DNA of 64,000 bases from a virus: IMG/VR virus record IMGVR_UViG_3300017598_000441, positions 1 to 64,000 of that record; one strand, given 5' to 3'. Of the stretch, positions 9,625 to 20,506 are shown one piece after another (positions within the stretch are counted from its first letter, which is position 1; every line of letters begins with the position of its first letter). The notes below the pieces were generated by a model. The model searched no databases and had not been told where the DNA came from. It worked only from the letters and a program-made list of their open reading frames with translations. A program made the position numbers and the translations under genes.

Positions 9625-10104
9625 ATGGAATTTAAAAAGGTAGGGGACTGGAAAAGAGTTGAAAGGCTGATAGGCAGGATAGATAATGAGATGAGGAAGG
9701 CTCAAATGCTAAGTCTCAAAAGATTTGGGTTAAAAGCAGAGGCTATAGCAAAAACTCATATAAGCAGACAGGATTTAAACTGGCAAGAATTAACTCCAGA
9801 GTATTTGGAGAAGAAAGTACGAGAAGGAAAAAGTGAAAATATTCTAGTAGCAACAAGTAGCTATTTCCAGTCTATAACTACTTATGTACTTGTAGATACA
9901 GTATATTCTGGAGTTACTAGAAAAGCTATAAATAAAGATGGTAAAATAATTGCAGATATAGCAAAAGTCCATGAGTACGGCTCCAAATCGGGAGGGATAC
10001 CTGCAAGGCCTTTATGGAAGCCTACTTTGCAAGAGGTAATGCTATGGCACGCAAAGGTGAATACTCCAGAAATGTATTTTATGAAAGCTATTAAAAAGTA
10101 CTGA
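9625..10104 (+). CDS. neck / tail completion protein (HK97 gp10 / virion morphogenesis type)
   Basis: AKVHEYG...IPARPLW signature. Confidence 0.75.
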   Translation: MEFKKVGDWKRVERLIGRIDNEMRKAQMLSLKRFGLKAEAIAKTHISRQDLNWQELTPEYLEKKVREGKSENILVATSSYFQSITTYVLVDTVYSGVTRKAINKDGKIIADIAKVHEYGSKSGGIPARPLWKPTLQEVMLWHAKVNTPEMYFMKAIKKY

Positions 10105-10775
10105 TGAAATTACAAGAGATAGATAGGTCAATATTTGAAAAGTTGCGTAAGGTATTGGTAGAAGCAGGATTACTCCCAGATATTACCTTATATGCCACCC
10201 CAGAGGAGTATAATGCAGCTAAAGATATACTTAGGGAGACCCTACCAGATAAACAACTTATAGAGATAGTGAGTATAGGAAGTTCCTACGACAGGGGGGA
10301 TAAGACCTCCGCAAAGATTATAATTGACAGGAAAAGGGAATCAGATGGGAGTATAGGGGCTTTTGGGGTAACAGAGTACGAGGCATATACAGAGTCTGGA
10401 GAGGATAAATTTAGAAAAGTGAAATACCCCTACTCAACAAAAGACGTGTATTATGAGATAAGGTTTATTTGTCAATCTACAGTAAAGGAAAGAATACTAT
10501 TCGGTCTTTTCAACAAATCTTTAGGAAATATGCTGTTGCATCAAGGTCTAAATGAATTTGCACAGAACACCGAAGATTGTTTTCTACTAAAAAGGGACAC
10601 TTTAGTAAATACAAGTGCTGTAGATAACGTAATAGAGTGGATGTATGGATATACTGCCAAAGATGTATGGGTAGAAGATAAATCTGTGTTACTTGAAGGT
10701 ATAGTCCCACTTAACACATTTGAGTTTGATTTAAAACCTTTAACGGAGACAGAATTTAATACTCAGTTTCCTTAG
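10104..10775 (+). CDS. putative tail terminator protein
   Basis: Position immediately before the sheath gene; size. Confidence 0.5.
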   Translation: MKLQEIDRSIFEKLRKVLVEAGLLPDITLYATPEEYNAAKDILRETLPDKQLIEIVSIGSSYDRGDKTSAKIIIDRKRESDGSIGAFGVTEYEAYTESGEDKFRKVKYPYSTKDVYYEIRFICQSTVKERILFGLFNKSLGNMLLHQGLNEFAQNTEDCFLLKRDTLVNTSAVDNVIEWMYGYTAKDVWVEDKSVLLEGIVPLNTFEFDLKPLTETEFNTQFP

Positions 10776-10782
10776 AATTATT

Positions 10783-10813
10783 TTTGTTTTAGAAGTAAAA
10801 AGTATTATTTTTG
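10783..10813 (+). promoter_or_regulatory. Bacteroidota-type promoter of the tail operon
   Basis: TTTG 10783-10786, 19-nt spacer, TATTTTTG 10806-10813. Confidence 0.6.
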
Positions 10814-10830
10814 TTAAAAATTGAAAAATT

Positions 10831-12399
10831 ATGGAATATCAAGGTAGAGCCAGAGTAGAAGTAAACATAGATGATAAATCTGTACTCCTTCAAGGGGGTA
10901 AACTAGGTAAAGCCGCCGTGCTTATCGAAGCAGAGAGAGGTGAGTTTAGTAAGCCTAGAACTGTACGAACTTGGGCAGAGTATAAAAAATATTATGGAGG
11001 ACTAGGGAAAGACTGGAAAACTCCAAACGCAACTTTATCTCCATACTTGGTAAAGAGAGCTTTAGAAGCAGGGGCAACTTTAGAAGTATCCAGAGTTGAA
11101 CACTATACCGATATAGCAGATACTGCTACTGGTACAAGTGTAAAACCTACAGCAACTATAGCAGCAGTAGAATTTACTGGAGCCACAGCAGGAGATTATT
11201 CTATTGAGGTATCTGTAGTAGCAGCTGCAAATGGGGTAGCAGATGAGTATGATATTACCGCCAAACTTGCAGGCTATCCAGAGTTGGATTCAGCCTTACA
11301 AATATCAAATGTGCCAGAAGTGGTAGATGCTACTGTAGCTGCAAACTTCTTGGCAGTAATGAAATATGTAGAAATAGGTACAGGTACAATAAACTTAGCT
11401 ACAGTACCAGTTTCAGCACCTCTTATAGGAGGTTCGTATGATAGTGGTAACTTAGTAGATGATGATTTTGTAGGAAGTGCCACAGCAGCTACAGGAATCC
11501 ACGCTTTCGACCCAGTACGTGATATATGGAGAATAGCTATCCCTCACAAATCTGTTCCAGTTATTGATATTGCTTTAGCAGACTATGCTAAAATGAGACA
11601 AGACCTACGTGCTATTTTAAGAACACCCACAGGGATAAATGGTGCAGGTGCAATAGATTATAGAAATGGTACAGGTATCTACTCACATACTGCTATTGAT
11701 ACACATTTTGCCTCTATGTTTACAGGAGGTCTCCAGATAAAAAATGCAGTAACAGGTGTTGTTGAAGATATTCCAGAAACGGCAGATATTTTAGGTTTAA
11801 AGGCTTTTAGAGACAACAAAAACAATTTTGAGTATAAGCCTTGGTTTGCATCAGCAGGACCAAAATACCCAATATTAAATGCCGTAGGTGTAGCTTATGA
11901 GTTCTCAACTCCCGCAAGAGCGTTGGAGTATGACGATGTAGCTAATGTGGGTATTAATACAGTTATCAATGACCCAGATTTCGGGATTGTACCAAATGAT
12001 AACAATACTCTACAGGTTAAGGATACCTTACTGAGCCACGAGAATGTATCGGAGCTTATGGTATATATGTTGAGAAACATTAAAATACTTGCAAAGAGCG
12101 AACAATTCAACCCGAATGATATTGATACTTGGAAAGCTATCCACAGAAAGATAACTCCATTTTTAGATGGATTAGTTACAGGGAGAGCAATATGGGAAGG
12201 GTATTTATACCAAGGAGACCAAGACATTGATTTTATCGAAGATGCTGTAGTAAATACTCCAGAGGGAATAGATGCAGGTGGATATACTGCGAACATCTAT
12301 GTAAAACCTAAGGTTGCACTTAAATACATAGGAATAAACATCGTAGTTACAAACTCTGGTGTGAACTTAACAGAACTTGCTGAACAGCTTGTATCTTAA
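10831..12399 (+). CDS. contractile tail sheath protein
   Basis: PWFASAG, GINTV, FNPND..TW and IYVKP..ALKYIGI sheath C-terminal motifs. Confidence 0.9.
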   Translation: MEYQGRARVEVNIDDKSVLLQGGKLGKAAVLIEAERGEFSKPRTVRTWAEYKKYYGGLGKDWKTPNATLSPYLVKRALEAGATLEVSRVEHYTDIADTATGTSVKPTATIAAVEFTGATAGDYSIEVSVVAAANGVADEYDITAKLAGYPELDSALQISNVPEVVDATVAANFLAVMKYVEIGTGTINLATVPVSAPLIGGSYDSGNLVDDDFVGSATAATGIHAFDPVRDIWRIAIPHKSVPVIDIALADYAKMRQDLRAILRTPTGINGAGAIDYRNGTGIYSHTAIDTHFASMFTGGLQIKNAVTGVVEDIPETADILGLKAFRDNKNNFEYKPWFASAGPKYPILNAVGVAYEFSTPARALEYDDVANVGINTVINDPDFGIVPNDNNTLQVKDTLLSHENVSELMVYMLRNIKILAKSEQFNPNDIDTWKAIHRKITPFLDGLVTGRAIWEGYLYQGDQDIDFIEDAVVNTPEGIDAGGYTANIYVKPKVALKYIGINIVVTNSGVNLTELAEQLVS

Positions 12400-12423
12400 T
12401 ACTAACTTTAAAATTTATACAAA

Positions 12424-12861
12424 ATGGCAGGATTTGCAAACCCAATAAGAGCATACCGATTTAGAGTAGAGATAGCGGGAAAAGACCAGTGGGCAATTCA
12501 AGAGGTAGAACCACCAGAGGTAGGTTTATCTGTTATTGCACATGGAGGAGGAGACCGAGACATCAAAACAGCCTCTAAGAAAACAATAGGAAACGCAACT
12601 TTGAAATATCTAAAAGGACTGGAAGACAAAGAACTTTTCGGCACTTTATGGATAGAACAATGTTTGAAAGGCTTACCCTCAGCCTACAAAAGGAATATTG
12701 TAGTAAAAGAATTAGCCAATGATGGAATAACTACTATCAATACGCAAGTATGGGTAGGATGTTTTCCAGTAAGAAAGCAAAGAAATACTCACAATAGACT
12801 TGCGGATGAAAACGTGATAGAAGAACTTGAACTTAGCGTTGATGAGGTAATAGAATACTAA
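12424..12861 (+). CDS. tail tube protein (T4 gp19-like)
   Basis: NPIRAYRFRVEI, YKRN, GCFP and ENVIEELELSVD motifs; follows the sheath gene. Confidence 0.85.
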   Translation: MAGFANPIRAYRFRVEIAGKDQWAIQEVEPPEVGLSVIAHGGGDRDIKTASKKTIGNATLKYLKGLEDKELFGTLWIEQCLKGLPSAYKRNIVVKELANDGITTINTQVWVGCFPVRKQRNTHNRLADENVIEELELSVDEVIEY

Positions 12862-12878
12862 ATTATTAAAGAGATACC

Positions 12879-15554
12879 ATGAAGGATATTTTCAATTACT
12901 TGATAAAAGGAGTTTCCGATATTTTAAAATTAGGAAAAGACGGAGGTTTTCTAAAGTGGGTTTCTGGAAAATTTACATTTACAACCTCAGACGGAAGTAC
13001 TCTAGCACCTATAAAACTAGGTGCTAGTACTAAGGTAGATGAAGCAGTTACCAGAGAAGAACTCAATAAAAAGGGTTCTATCTCTGTTTATGGGCTATTC
13101 GATGGAGCTACCCCACCTGTTCCGTCTTCTGGGATATTATACTACTGCGATAAATCTGGACTAAGTTTTACGGAGGGTAATATTTATATAGGTAGAGATA
13201 CTGACTATGTAATATGGACACCCCTAAATGGGCAGTCTATCACATTTGCAGAGGAACTTACCCTAACAAATTCTATCCAAAAGAGTGGGGAGCTTACTAT
13301 GTACCCTTACTTGATTTACATATTTGATTCAAATGATGGCAAGTATTACGAGAGTGCATCCCTAAAATTAGGAGTATCTAGTGCAGATACTACTGCAGAT
13401 TTCTTAGAGAATAAACTAGAAAACTACTCTGGAATAGTTTTAGAGAAGGTTAATGCTGCAGGTAACGAAAAACTGAAAGCTAGACTTATAGACAGCTACC
13501 TAACCCAAGCTAGTACAGGACTGCACACAGGAGCAGAATTAACTGTAGGAGGTACAGCAGGTACATTTAGTATATCCTCGGGAAAAGGTTTCTGGATAGA
13601 TGCGAATACGGACTTTGCATTAATTAAAGATAACTTGCAAGAGGTTATCATAGAAGAGGACTTAGACATAGCTATAACCAACTTAGGCACACATAACACG
13701 ACTTATGTTATGGTAAGTAAGACTGGAGTAACTATTCAAATTACAACCTACCCTACCCCTAACCAAAGGAGAGATAATATTTTCTTAGGTGCAGTATTCC
13801 ATGCAGATAATACAAACGTAGATAAGGTAACAAACCTACCCAACGTAGCTGTAGATAATACAGCACAGGTGGGGGATATTATGCAAGCATTAGGCGTATT
13901 TAATCTACAAGGTAATGTAGTGAAACCTAACGGAGCAAATCTGAGCTTGAATAAAACATCTGGGGAGGTCTTTAGCCAAGGCGTAAATTTCCACACGGAT
14001 AACACTAAACCAAACAGCGTAGAAACCCCCGAAGATTTAGGATTTACATTTAGGTACATAAACTTAGATGGTACTGTAGGCTCAGATGTAACAGTATTAG
14101 ACCCTACTACTTGGGATGATGGAGGAACAACTACTGCAATAGTAGGAACTGCAAAAACCACAGTGGTTAGAGTATTTCTGTTACCAGATAATTCAATAAG
14201 AGTTCAGAGAGGTCAAAAGATATACGACAACAGGACAGATGCCTTGATTGAGATTAATAATGGAGATTTTGTAACCGCCCCAGTCCTACAGAATAACGCA
14301 GTATTATTATGCTCTATAGTGTTAAGGTCTGGAGCAACAGATTTAACTCAAACCTCAGATGCCTTATTCTTAAAAGCATCTAAACTAGGTGAGCTAAATG
14401 GTGTAGATTCCAATGTTTCGGAACCTGTAAGAACAGATTTCCAGAGAATAACATCTGGACAGGAGTTAGATGATTTTTTCCCGAATGTTTCTGGAGTTAT
14501 AACACTCACAAAAAACGTGGAAATAGAAGGTACAATAACCACACCACACCAAGTAGATATAAATGGTTTTTATTACATAGGAAAACAAGCTTTTACAGAC
14601 ATTCATAACTACTCGGGAACTTCTGATGCTTTTATTGGAGGTAATGGAGGAACAGTAAAGCTTCTTACCTTAGTGGCCGCAGGAGTAGGTGCAAAACTCT
14701 TCAATTTAGATGATACAGCCAATAACAAGAATTTTGTACTTAGGGAGGTTATTCTGGCAAACAACACGGATATAGGCAAACTAAAAGGATTTTATTTAGT
14801 AGCACTAGATATAATAAATTGCCAAAATAATACAGAAGGTATTGAATACGAAGATATTGAACACCTATACGCCCAGAACATTTTTTGGAGTTCTACCAAT
14901 ACTGGAACTTTAGAGACTTACACAGGGGATTTTGAGGTAATTCAGAATATAGGGGGTCAGTATGATGTAAGTTCTGGAGTTACTGGGGTGGACGTTACTG
15001 GGATTACTTCCATAGACTCTGGCGAGATATTAAGTTCTCCGTTCCTAGGAGATGGTACTTATACAGTAGGGACGTTTGAGGTAGAATGGCTAGTTAATTG
15101 TGGTGGTATAAAATTACAAGGAGACCAATTCTCAAAAGCTTATTTATCCTATGCAAACGGCACTACAAATACCAACCTTACAGTAAATGTATGGGAATAC
15201 TTTGAAATGCCTACAGCGACCTTAGACTCCCAGACATCACATAGATTTGGGCAGCTAACCTTATTTCCAGATACTTTAGTCTATCTAGGCAAACATACTA
15301 TAAGTAAAGGTATAGTAATGACTACAGGATTAAGAAAGTTAGGAGGTGGTACAAATACCTACCAGATGCGTATAGTCAAAAACGGTCTAGCAGTAGGTGC
15401 AGAAAAGCAGTTTGAGTTAGGAAATACTGATGGCTCAATTACGCTGACTTCTGTTATAGAGTTTGAGACAGACGACCAGATATGGTTAGAGATTAGGAAC
15501 ATAACAGACAATGACGATGTAAGACTACTAAGTTGTAACATATCCGTAATATAA
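12879..15554 (+). CDS. large virion appendage / fibre-like protein
   Basis: 891 aa, T/G/D-rich beta structure; N-terminus paralogous to 26522..27046. Confidence 0.55.
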   Translation: MKDIFNYLIKGVSDILKLGKDGGFLKWVSGKFTFTTSDGSTLAPIKLGASTKVDEAVTREELNKKGSISVYGLFDGATPPVPSSGILYYCDKSGLSFTEGNIYIGRDTDYVIWTPLNGQSITFAEELTLTNSIQKSGELTMYPYLIYIFDSNDGKYYESASLKLGVSSADTTADFLENKLENYSGIVLEKVNAAGNEKLKARLIDSYLTQASTGLHTGAELTVGGTAGTFSISSGKGFWIDANTDFALIKDNLQEVIIEEDLDIAITNLGTHNTTYVMVSKTGVTIQITTYPTPNQRRDNIFLGAVFHADNTNVDKVTNLPNVAVDNTAQVGDIMQALGVFNLQGNVVKPNGANLSLNKTSGEVFSQGVNFHTDNTKPNSVETPEDLGFTFRYINLDGTVGSDVTVLDPTTWDDGGTTTAIVGTAKTTVVRVFLLPDNSIRVQRGQKIYDNRTDALIEINNGDFVTAPVLQNNAVLLCSIVLRSGATDLTQTSDALFLKASKLGELNGVDSNVSEPVRTDFQRITSGQELDDFFPNVSGVITLTKNVEIEGTITTPHQVDINGFYYIGKQAFTDIHNYSGTSDAFIGGNGGTVKLLTLVAAGVGAKLFNLDDTANNKNFVLREVILANNTDIGKLKGFYLVALDIINCQNNTEGIEYEDIEHLYAQNIFWSSTNTGTLETYTGDFEVIQNIGGQYDVSSGVTGVDVTGITSIDSGEILSSPFLGDGTYTVGTFEVEWLVNCGGIKLQGDQFSKAYLSYANGTTNTNLTVNVWEYFEMPTATLDSQTSHRFGQLTLFPDTLVYLGKHTISKGIVMTTGLRKLGGGTNTYQMRIVKNGLAVGAEKQFELGNTDGSITLTSVIEFETDDQIWLEIRNITDNDDVRLLSCNISVI

Positions 15555-15561
15555 TATAGCG

Positions 15562-16107
15562 ATGAAACTACAGATAAAAAATAGTTCGATTGTATCAGAT
15601 AAAGATACTTTAAACAATGTTGAAAACCCTACTCACGGAGATACTTATTTTGTAACCTCCGAAGGTGTAGTTTATTCGTACTACAATACCCAAAAAAACG
15701 CACAGGAAGGAGTTTGGGTCAGAGATAAGGATGCGATAATATATGAAAAGGTAAGTGTTATTTCTGCAGAAAATACAGAAGTTACCCAATACTATCCAAA
15801 TGTTTCCTTGGATATAAAAGAGGAAATAAAGCGGGTATACAATCAATATGCTTTAGATGGGAAAGATTATGATGCAGAGATAAGAGCAGACTTTGTGTAT
15901 TTATATAAAACTGGGGTACTTACTGCAATAGAAGTTTTTGCTATAGAGGAAAAACTAAAGGAGACTAGAACCCAAGTAGGAAATGGTGACTGGATGACAG
16001 CCACCAACACTATAGAGTCCGTGACAGTAGGAGATGGACTATCACAAGATATGTATGATAGTATTAAAAGCTACATACAAAACTATGTTAGCGAAAATTA
16101 CACATAG
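15562..16107 (+). CDS. hypothetical protein, possible fibre assembly partner
   Basis: Directly follows the fibre-like gene and precedes a terminator. Confidence 0.55.
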   Translation: MKLQIKNSSIVSDKDTLNNVENPTHGDTYFVTSEGVVYSYYNTQKNAQEGVWVRDKDAIIYEKVSVISAENTEVTQYYPNVSLDIKEEIKRVYNQYALDGKDYDAEIRADFVYLYKTGVLTAIEVFAIEEKLKETRTQVGNGDWMTATNTIESVTVGDGLSQDMYDSIKSYIQNYVSENYT

Positions 16108-16131
16108 GTTAAAAATCTTTTTTCTTTTGTC

Positions 16132-16171
16132 AAAAGAGGGTTGTTCTTTATATGTTCAACTCTCTTTTCTT
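16132..16171 (+). terminator. intrinsic terminator
   Basis: AAAAGAGGGTTG...CAACTCTCTTTT. Confidence 0.6.
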
Positions 16172-16200
16172 GTTATATACGCAAAAAATTACTACATTTG
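16170..16200 (+). promoter_or_regulatory. Bacteroidota-type promoter
   Basis: TTG 16170-16172 and TACATTTG 16193-16200. Confidence 0.6.
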
Positions 16201-16231
16201 TACTTTAAACACATAACTAAAGAAAAAAGAC

Positions 16232-17038
16232 ATGACAGAGAAAATCACATTGGCTTCTGGAGTACCCTGTACTGTAGGAGAGCTAACAGGTAAACATCAA
16301 AGGATACTTACCAGAAATGGAGGTGAAGATGTTGTTGGAAATTTAAGTGAAATACTACTTGATGTAATAAAGGAATTAGGTAGTATAAAAGTAGTATCTG
16401 AGGAGGATATAAAAAACCTACTAAACCCAGATAGAAAAAAAATCCTAATCACAGCTAGAGATTTAGCTGTAAGAGGTACAAAATATGCAGAATCATTCAC
16501 TTACGAATTTGAGTACAGCTCTAAAAAAACTGGGAAGAAGGAGACATATCCTTATGAAGTATCCCTAAAAGATGGATTCCCAGAAACTCCGATGCAAGAA
16601 GTGGTGGCAGGTGAACTAAAACCTGTAAAGTACAGAACCTACAAAGAGGTAAATGTAGCCAAAGTAGTGACAATAGTATTACCTAGGTCAAAGAAGGTGG
16701 TAGAATATACAATGTTAGATGGGTATGGTCAAGAACTTGCTGCAGGAACAAAAGAAGAGAACATGAGTACCCACACCCCTATTTTGATGAGAAACCCCAA
16801 GGAAATATTGACTACAGGTTCTGAGGAGGGTAAATCACAAAAAACTCCAATACTACTTGATAATAGAGGACTAGACAATTTGGGTTTAGTTGATATTGAG
16901 TTTCTGAGGGAGGATATTAAAAAGAGAGAGGGTAGAGTAGATACCGAGGTACAATTTAAACATCCAGAGCTAGATAAATTTGAAACTTTCGATGTGACAA
17001 CAAGTTTAGCTTTTTTCTTCCTCTCGGGTTCAATTTAG
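16232..17038 (+). CDS. tail assembly chaperone (gpG equivalent)
   Basis: Upstream of the tape measure gene; ends in LAFFF with a slippery heptamer. Confidence 0.75.
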   Translation: MTEKITLASGVPCTVGELTGKHQRILTRNGGEDVVGNLSEILLDVIKELGSIKVVSEEDIKNLLNPDRKKILITARDLAVRGTKYAESFTYEFEYSSKKTGKKETYPYEVSLKDGFPETPMQEVVAGELKPVKYRTYKEVNVAKVVTIVLPRSKKVVEYTMLDGYGQELAAGTKEENMSTHTPILMRNPKEILTTGSEEGKSQKTPILLDNRGLDNLGLVDIEFLREDIKKREGRVDTEVQFKHPELDKFETFDVTTSLAFFFLSGSI

Positions 17039-17196
17039 ATGCCGACTACTTCTATTTATCTTATGGAGGTTTAGGTTTGACACTCGCAGAGTTTGATGAA
17101 CTTTCCTATAGCAGAAGAGTAGGATTCATTGAAATGATGGAAAAAGCCAAACAGATTGAAAATAATACAATACAAGAAAATAACAAAACAAGGTAA
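17011..17196 (+). other. programmed -1 frameshift site and gpGT-type extension
   Basis: In-frame T TTT TTC at 17011-17017; the -1 frame is open to TAA 17196 (LPLGFNLDADYFYLSYGGLGLTLAEFDELSYSRRVGFIEMMEKAK...). Confidence 0.8.
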
Positions 17197-17202
17197 TTAG
17201 CT

Positions 17203-19854
17203 ATGAGTCAATTCGGTTCATTTTCTGGAGGAGGTTTAGGAATGGGTGTTGCGTTTAAATTGCAAGACCAATTTACTGCTACGTCTAGGAAAATCCAGAC
17301 CGAGATGGGTATGCTATCTAAACAGACAGATAAAATATCCTCAAAAATAGCTTCAAGTAAAAAACTTATGATGGCAGGGGGTTCTGCTATGGCTGCTGGA
17401 CTCGTGCTTGCAGCCCCCTTCATCATAGGTGTTAAAAAGAGTGCGGAGTTTAATGCGGCGATGTCTGATGTATTCGCAAAATCCAGAACAGAGGATGCAA
17501 AACTACAAGCTGCATTAAAATCCTCTGCAATACAACTAGGTACAGCCACTAAGTTTACAGCCACCGAGGCCGCTAAAGGTATGGGATTCCTAGCTATGGC
17601 AGGATTTAATGCTAGACAACAAATAGAGGCAATGCCAGGCCTTCTTAGTTTGGCAGCCGCAGGAAATACAGACTTAGCCACAACCGCAGATATTGTATCA
17701 GATTCCATGACAGCTATGGGATTAAAAGCTACAGATGTACAGATGATGGCTGATAACATGGCGGCTACAGTAACACGTTCCAACACCGATATTATACAAA
17801 TGGGGGAGGCAATGAAATATGCTTCCGCTTCTGCAAAAACTGCAGGTATTGACTTTGCTCAGTTCCAAGGAATGATAGGAATGGTGGGGGATATTGGTAT
17901 CAAAGGCTCTATGGCAGGTACAGGTCTGGCACAAATGATTGCTAAGATGGGTGAAATGGTTACTAAATCTGAGAAACTAGATGTATTGAAGAGTATAGGT
18001 ATAGAGAAAAACCAACTCTTAGATGCTAAAGGTAACTTCAAGGATATTACAGAAACTATACCCCTACTTGCAAAACATATCAAAGCCATAGGTGATGGAA
18101 CCCTTACTGAGGTAATAGGAAAGGATAAGATGGGCAAGGAGATAAAAGGTAATGCTGAACAGTTAATGATTGCCAGTAAACTATTTGGTATCCGTGGAGG
18201 AAAAGCCTTTGCCGCATTTACAACCGAAGCAGGAAAAGATTTTAAGAAATTTGTAAAAACAATAAGAGAGGATACAGGGGCTGCAGATAAGATTGCCAAC
18301 AAAATGCTAGATAATCTTGCAGGAGACTTCACAAAACTATCTAGTATAATAGATACTACTTTCATAAATCTGGGAGATTCTATAGAAAATTCTTTAAGAC
18401 CTGTAACGAAGATTATTACCAATATGGTAGCAGGTTTCAATAAATTTATTCAAACAAAGGCAGGCAAATTTATCTTAAAAGTTACCGCAGCTTTATCAGC
18501 TTTACTTATAGTGGGTGGAGGTATAACTCTACTTATAGGAGCAATGAAGTTTGCGTTCTTTTCCCTAGCACCTGCAATTTGGGCTGCAGTAGCACCTATC
18601 CTACCCTTTGTTGCATTAATTGCAGCTATTGCAGCAGGATTTTGGCTCATGTACGAAGCAGTACAATCTGGAAGTAAGGCTATGGCAATATTTGGTACAA
18701 TACTGATAACGGCTGTCTTAGGACCTATAGGGGGAGCTTTGGTGGTGGTTTTTGGAATGTTTATGAAACTCCGAAAATCCATAGGTGAGTTTAACAGAAA
18801 GACAGTAGATGAACTGGGCAAGAAAGGTGGGATAGCAGGCTTTTTTGAGAAGCTTGCAGGATTAGCTGTAGGTTTCAAGGCTGTAATATCTAGTATCTTT
18901 GGTTCCGATGGTAAAATGAAATTATCCATAGAATTAGAGAATAAGCTAGAAAAACTAGGTTTACTAGATACCGTGAAAAACTTTGGTACTTGGGTCATCC
19001 GAATAAAGGAGTTAATGAAAGGGGTGAAAGAAGTTTTTGTGGCTACATGGAAATCCGTTAGAAAAACAATATCAAGCACTGCTAAATGGTTGGCATCAAA
19101 GTTCAAGAGTATGGGCGGACCTTTTAAAAAATGGGGCTTACTCATATCGAAAAATACTTCTAAACTAGAGGACTGGAAGAAGATGGGTAAATTGTTAGGA
19201 AAAACAATGGTATTCATTTTAGGTGGGATAGCAGCTGCGTTTGTGGCGGTAGGAATAGTTGTAGCCGCAATCGTTGCTCCTATAGTGTTAGCTATGGTAG
19301 CCATAGGAGCAGCGATATATGCAAGCTACAAAATAGCCAAAGTAGTAGCTGATGGTATTGTGTTTGCTTGGAGAGCAGTAATATCTATATTTAACTCATT
19401 ATACAGAAATATTTCCGAAGGGTTTGTAGAGGCATTTAGTTTTATACTAAATGTACATGAAAAGGCTTTTGATGCGGGGGTTAGTTTTGTTACTAATTTA
19501 TGGGCAGGAATAAAAAGTATGTGGGGGCAGTTTACAGGGTGGCTAAGTGATAGTTGGGGAAGTATAGTGAATGGATTAGGTCTAGGAGGTGTATTTGGCA
19601 CAGAAGAATCTGCACCAGAGATTAATGATGGAAGCAGTACAAACGACATAATCAAACCTTTTACTACCCCAGACAGAAATGACACGTTAGCACAGCAGAA
19701 CGCCAACAGATTTATTGTACCTTCTCCTACCGTGCTGAATAATAATACCAATTCGGAGAAGTTAATACAGCCTATAATAACCTTGGACGGAGAGCAGATA
19801 GGAGCACACATGAATGGGAGAAATGCAATAGAAAACAGTAGAAACTCATATTAG
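17203..19854 (+). CDS. tape measure protein (TP901-type core)
   Basis: TKFTATEAAKGMGFLAMAG, GIKGSMAGT, MLDNLAGD and hydrophobic segments. Confidence 0.92.
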   Translation: MSQFGSFSGGGLGMGVAFKLQDQFTATSRKIQTEMGMLSKQTDKISSKIASSKKLMMAGGSAMAAGLVLAAPFIIGVKKSAEFNAAMSDVFAKSRTEDAKLQAALKSSAIQLGTATKFTATEAAKGMGFLAMAGFNARQQIEAMPGLLSLAAAGNTDLATTADIVSDSMTAMGLKATDVQMMADNMAATVTRSNTDIIQMGEAMKYASASAKTAGIDFAQFQGMIGMVGDIGIKGSMAGTGLAQMIAKMGEMVTKSEKLDVLKSIGIEKNQLLDAKGNFKDITETIPLLAKHIKAIGDGTLTEVIGKDKMGKEIKGNAEQLMIASKLFGIRGGKAFAAFTTEAGKDFKKFVKTIREDTGAADKIANKMLDNLAGDFTKLSSIIDTTFINLGDSIENSLRPVTKIITNMVAGFNKFIQTKAGKFILKVTAALSALLIVGGGITLLIGAMKFAFFSLAPAIWAAVAPILPFVALIAAIAAGFWLMYEAVQSGSKAMAIFGTILITAVLGPIGGALVVVFGMFMKLRKSIGEFNRKTVDELGKKGGIAGFFEKLAGLAVGFKAVISSIFGSDGKMKLSIELENKLEKLGLLDTVKNFGTWVIRIKELMKGVKEVFVATWKSVRKTISSTAKWLASKFKSMGGPFKKWGLLISKNTSKLEDWKKMGKLLGKTMVFILGGIAAAFVAVGIVVAAIVAPIVLAMVAIGAAIYASYKIAKVVADGIVFAWRAVISIFNSLYRNISEGFVEAFSFILNVHEKAFDAGVSFVTNLWAGIKSMWGQFTGWLSDSWGSIVNGLGLGGVFGTEESAPEINDGSSTNDIIKPFTTPDRNDTLAQQNANRFIVPSPTVLNNNTNSEKLIQPIITLDGEQIGAHMNGRNAIENSRNSY

Positions 19855-19855
19855 T

Positions 19856-20506
19856 ATGCCAGATATATACAACGCTTTAGTGACAGCAATTACCAATAAG
19901 ATTCACAGTAAGAATCTGGAAGATACATCTGGGTACACTAATGAGGTGCAGACTGCAGGGAATATGATTTATATAATAATTCATAGCCCAGACAAGTACG
20001 ACACTATAAACTTTCAATTCATACCTAACGAGCTGATGTATGACAGGAAAGTGAATGTACAACCTGTTAGTCCAGTATCCAGAAATTTACCCTACTATCA
20101 CTATGCAGGAGGGGAAACTACTATGAAACTTAGACTTGATATTGTGGCAGAGCAGGAGAATAGAGCTGATGTCATAAATAAAGTAAGGAGAGTGGAGGCA
20201 CTAGGATATTCAGATGGGTATGAGAAAAAGAAGCCTAGGGTATCTATAGTTTGGGGTAGTATGTTCCGAGGGGAATTGTGGGAAGTAGGCAACGTAAAAA
20301 TAAAGTTACAGGATTTCAAACCTAGTTATGGATATTTGCCTCAGCAAGCTTATGTAGACATAGACTTAATGTTAGTATCCGATAAGAATCTGAGATGGTC
20401 AGATATTACTGAGGAGATAATAAGCCCAGTTGTTACAGGTACAGATTTCCCAGACTCTACACAGAAAACTAAATCAATAAACGATGGAACAGATTCCGAG
20501 AAATAA
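19856..20506 (+). CDS. tail tube initiator / baseplate protein
   Basis: FQFIPNEL...RNLPYYHYAGGE motif; follows the tape measure gene. Confidence 0.65.
   Translation: MPDIYNALVTAITNKIHSKNLEDTSGYTNEVQTAGNMIYIIIHSPDKYDTINFQFIPNELMYDRKVNVQPVSPVSRNLPYYHYAGGETTMKLRLDIVAEQENRADVINKVRRVEALGYSDGYEKKKPRVSIVWGSMFRGELWEVGNVKIKLQDFKPSYGYLPQQAYVDIDLMLVSDKNLRWSDITEEIISPVVTGTDFPDSTQKTKSINDGTDSEK

Noticed and set aside
17208-19811. Long minus-strand ORFs antisense to the tape measure gene (and similar ones across the window)
   Set aside because: They shadow well-supported + strand genes, have no recognisable motifs, and are expected from codon bias.
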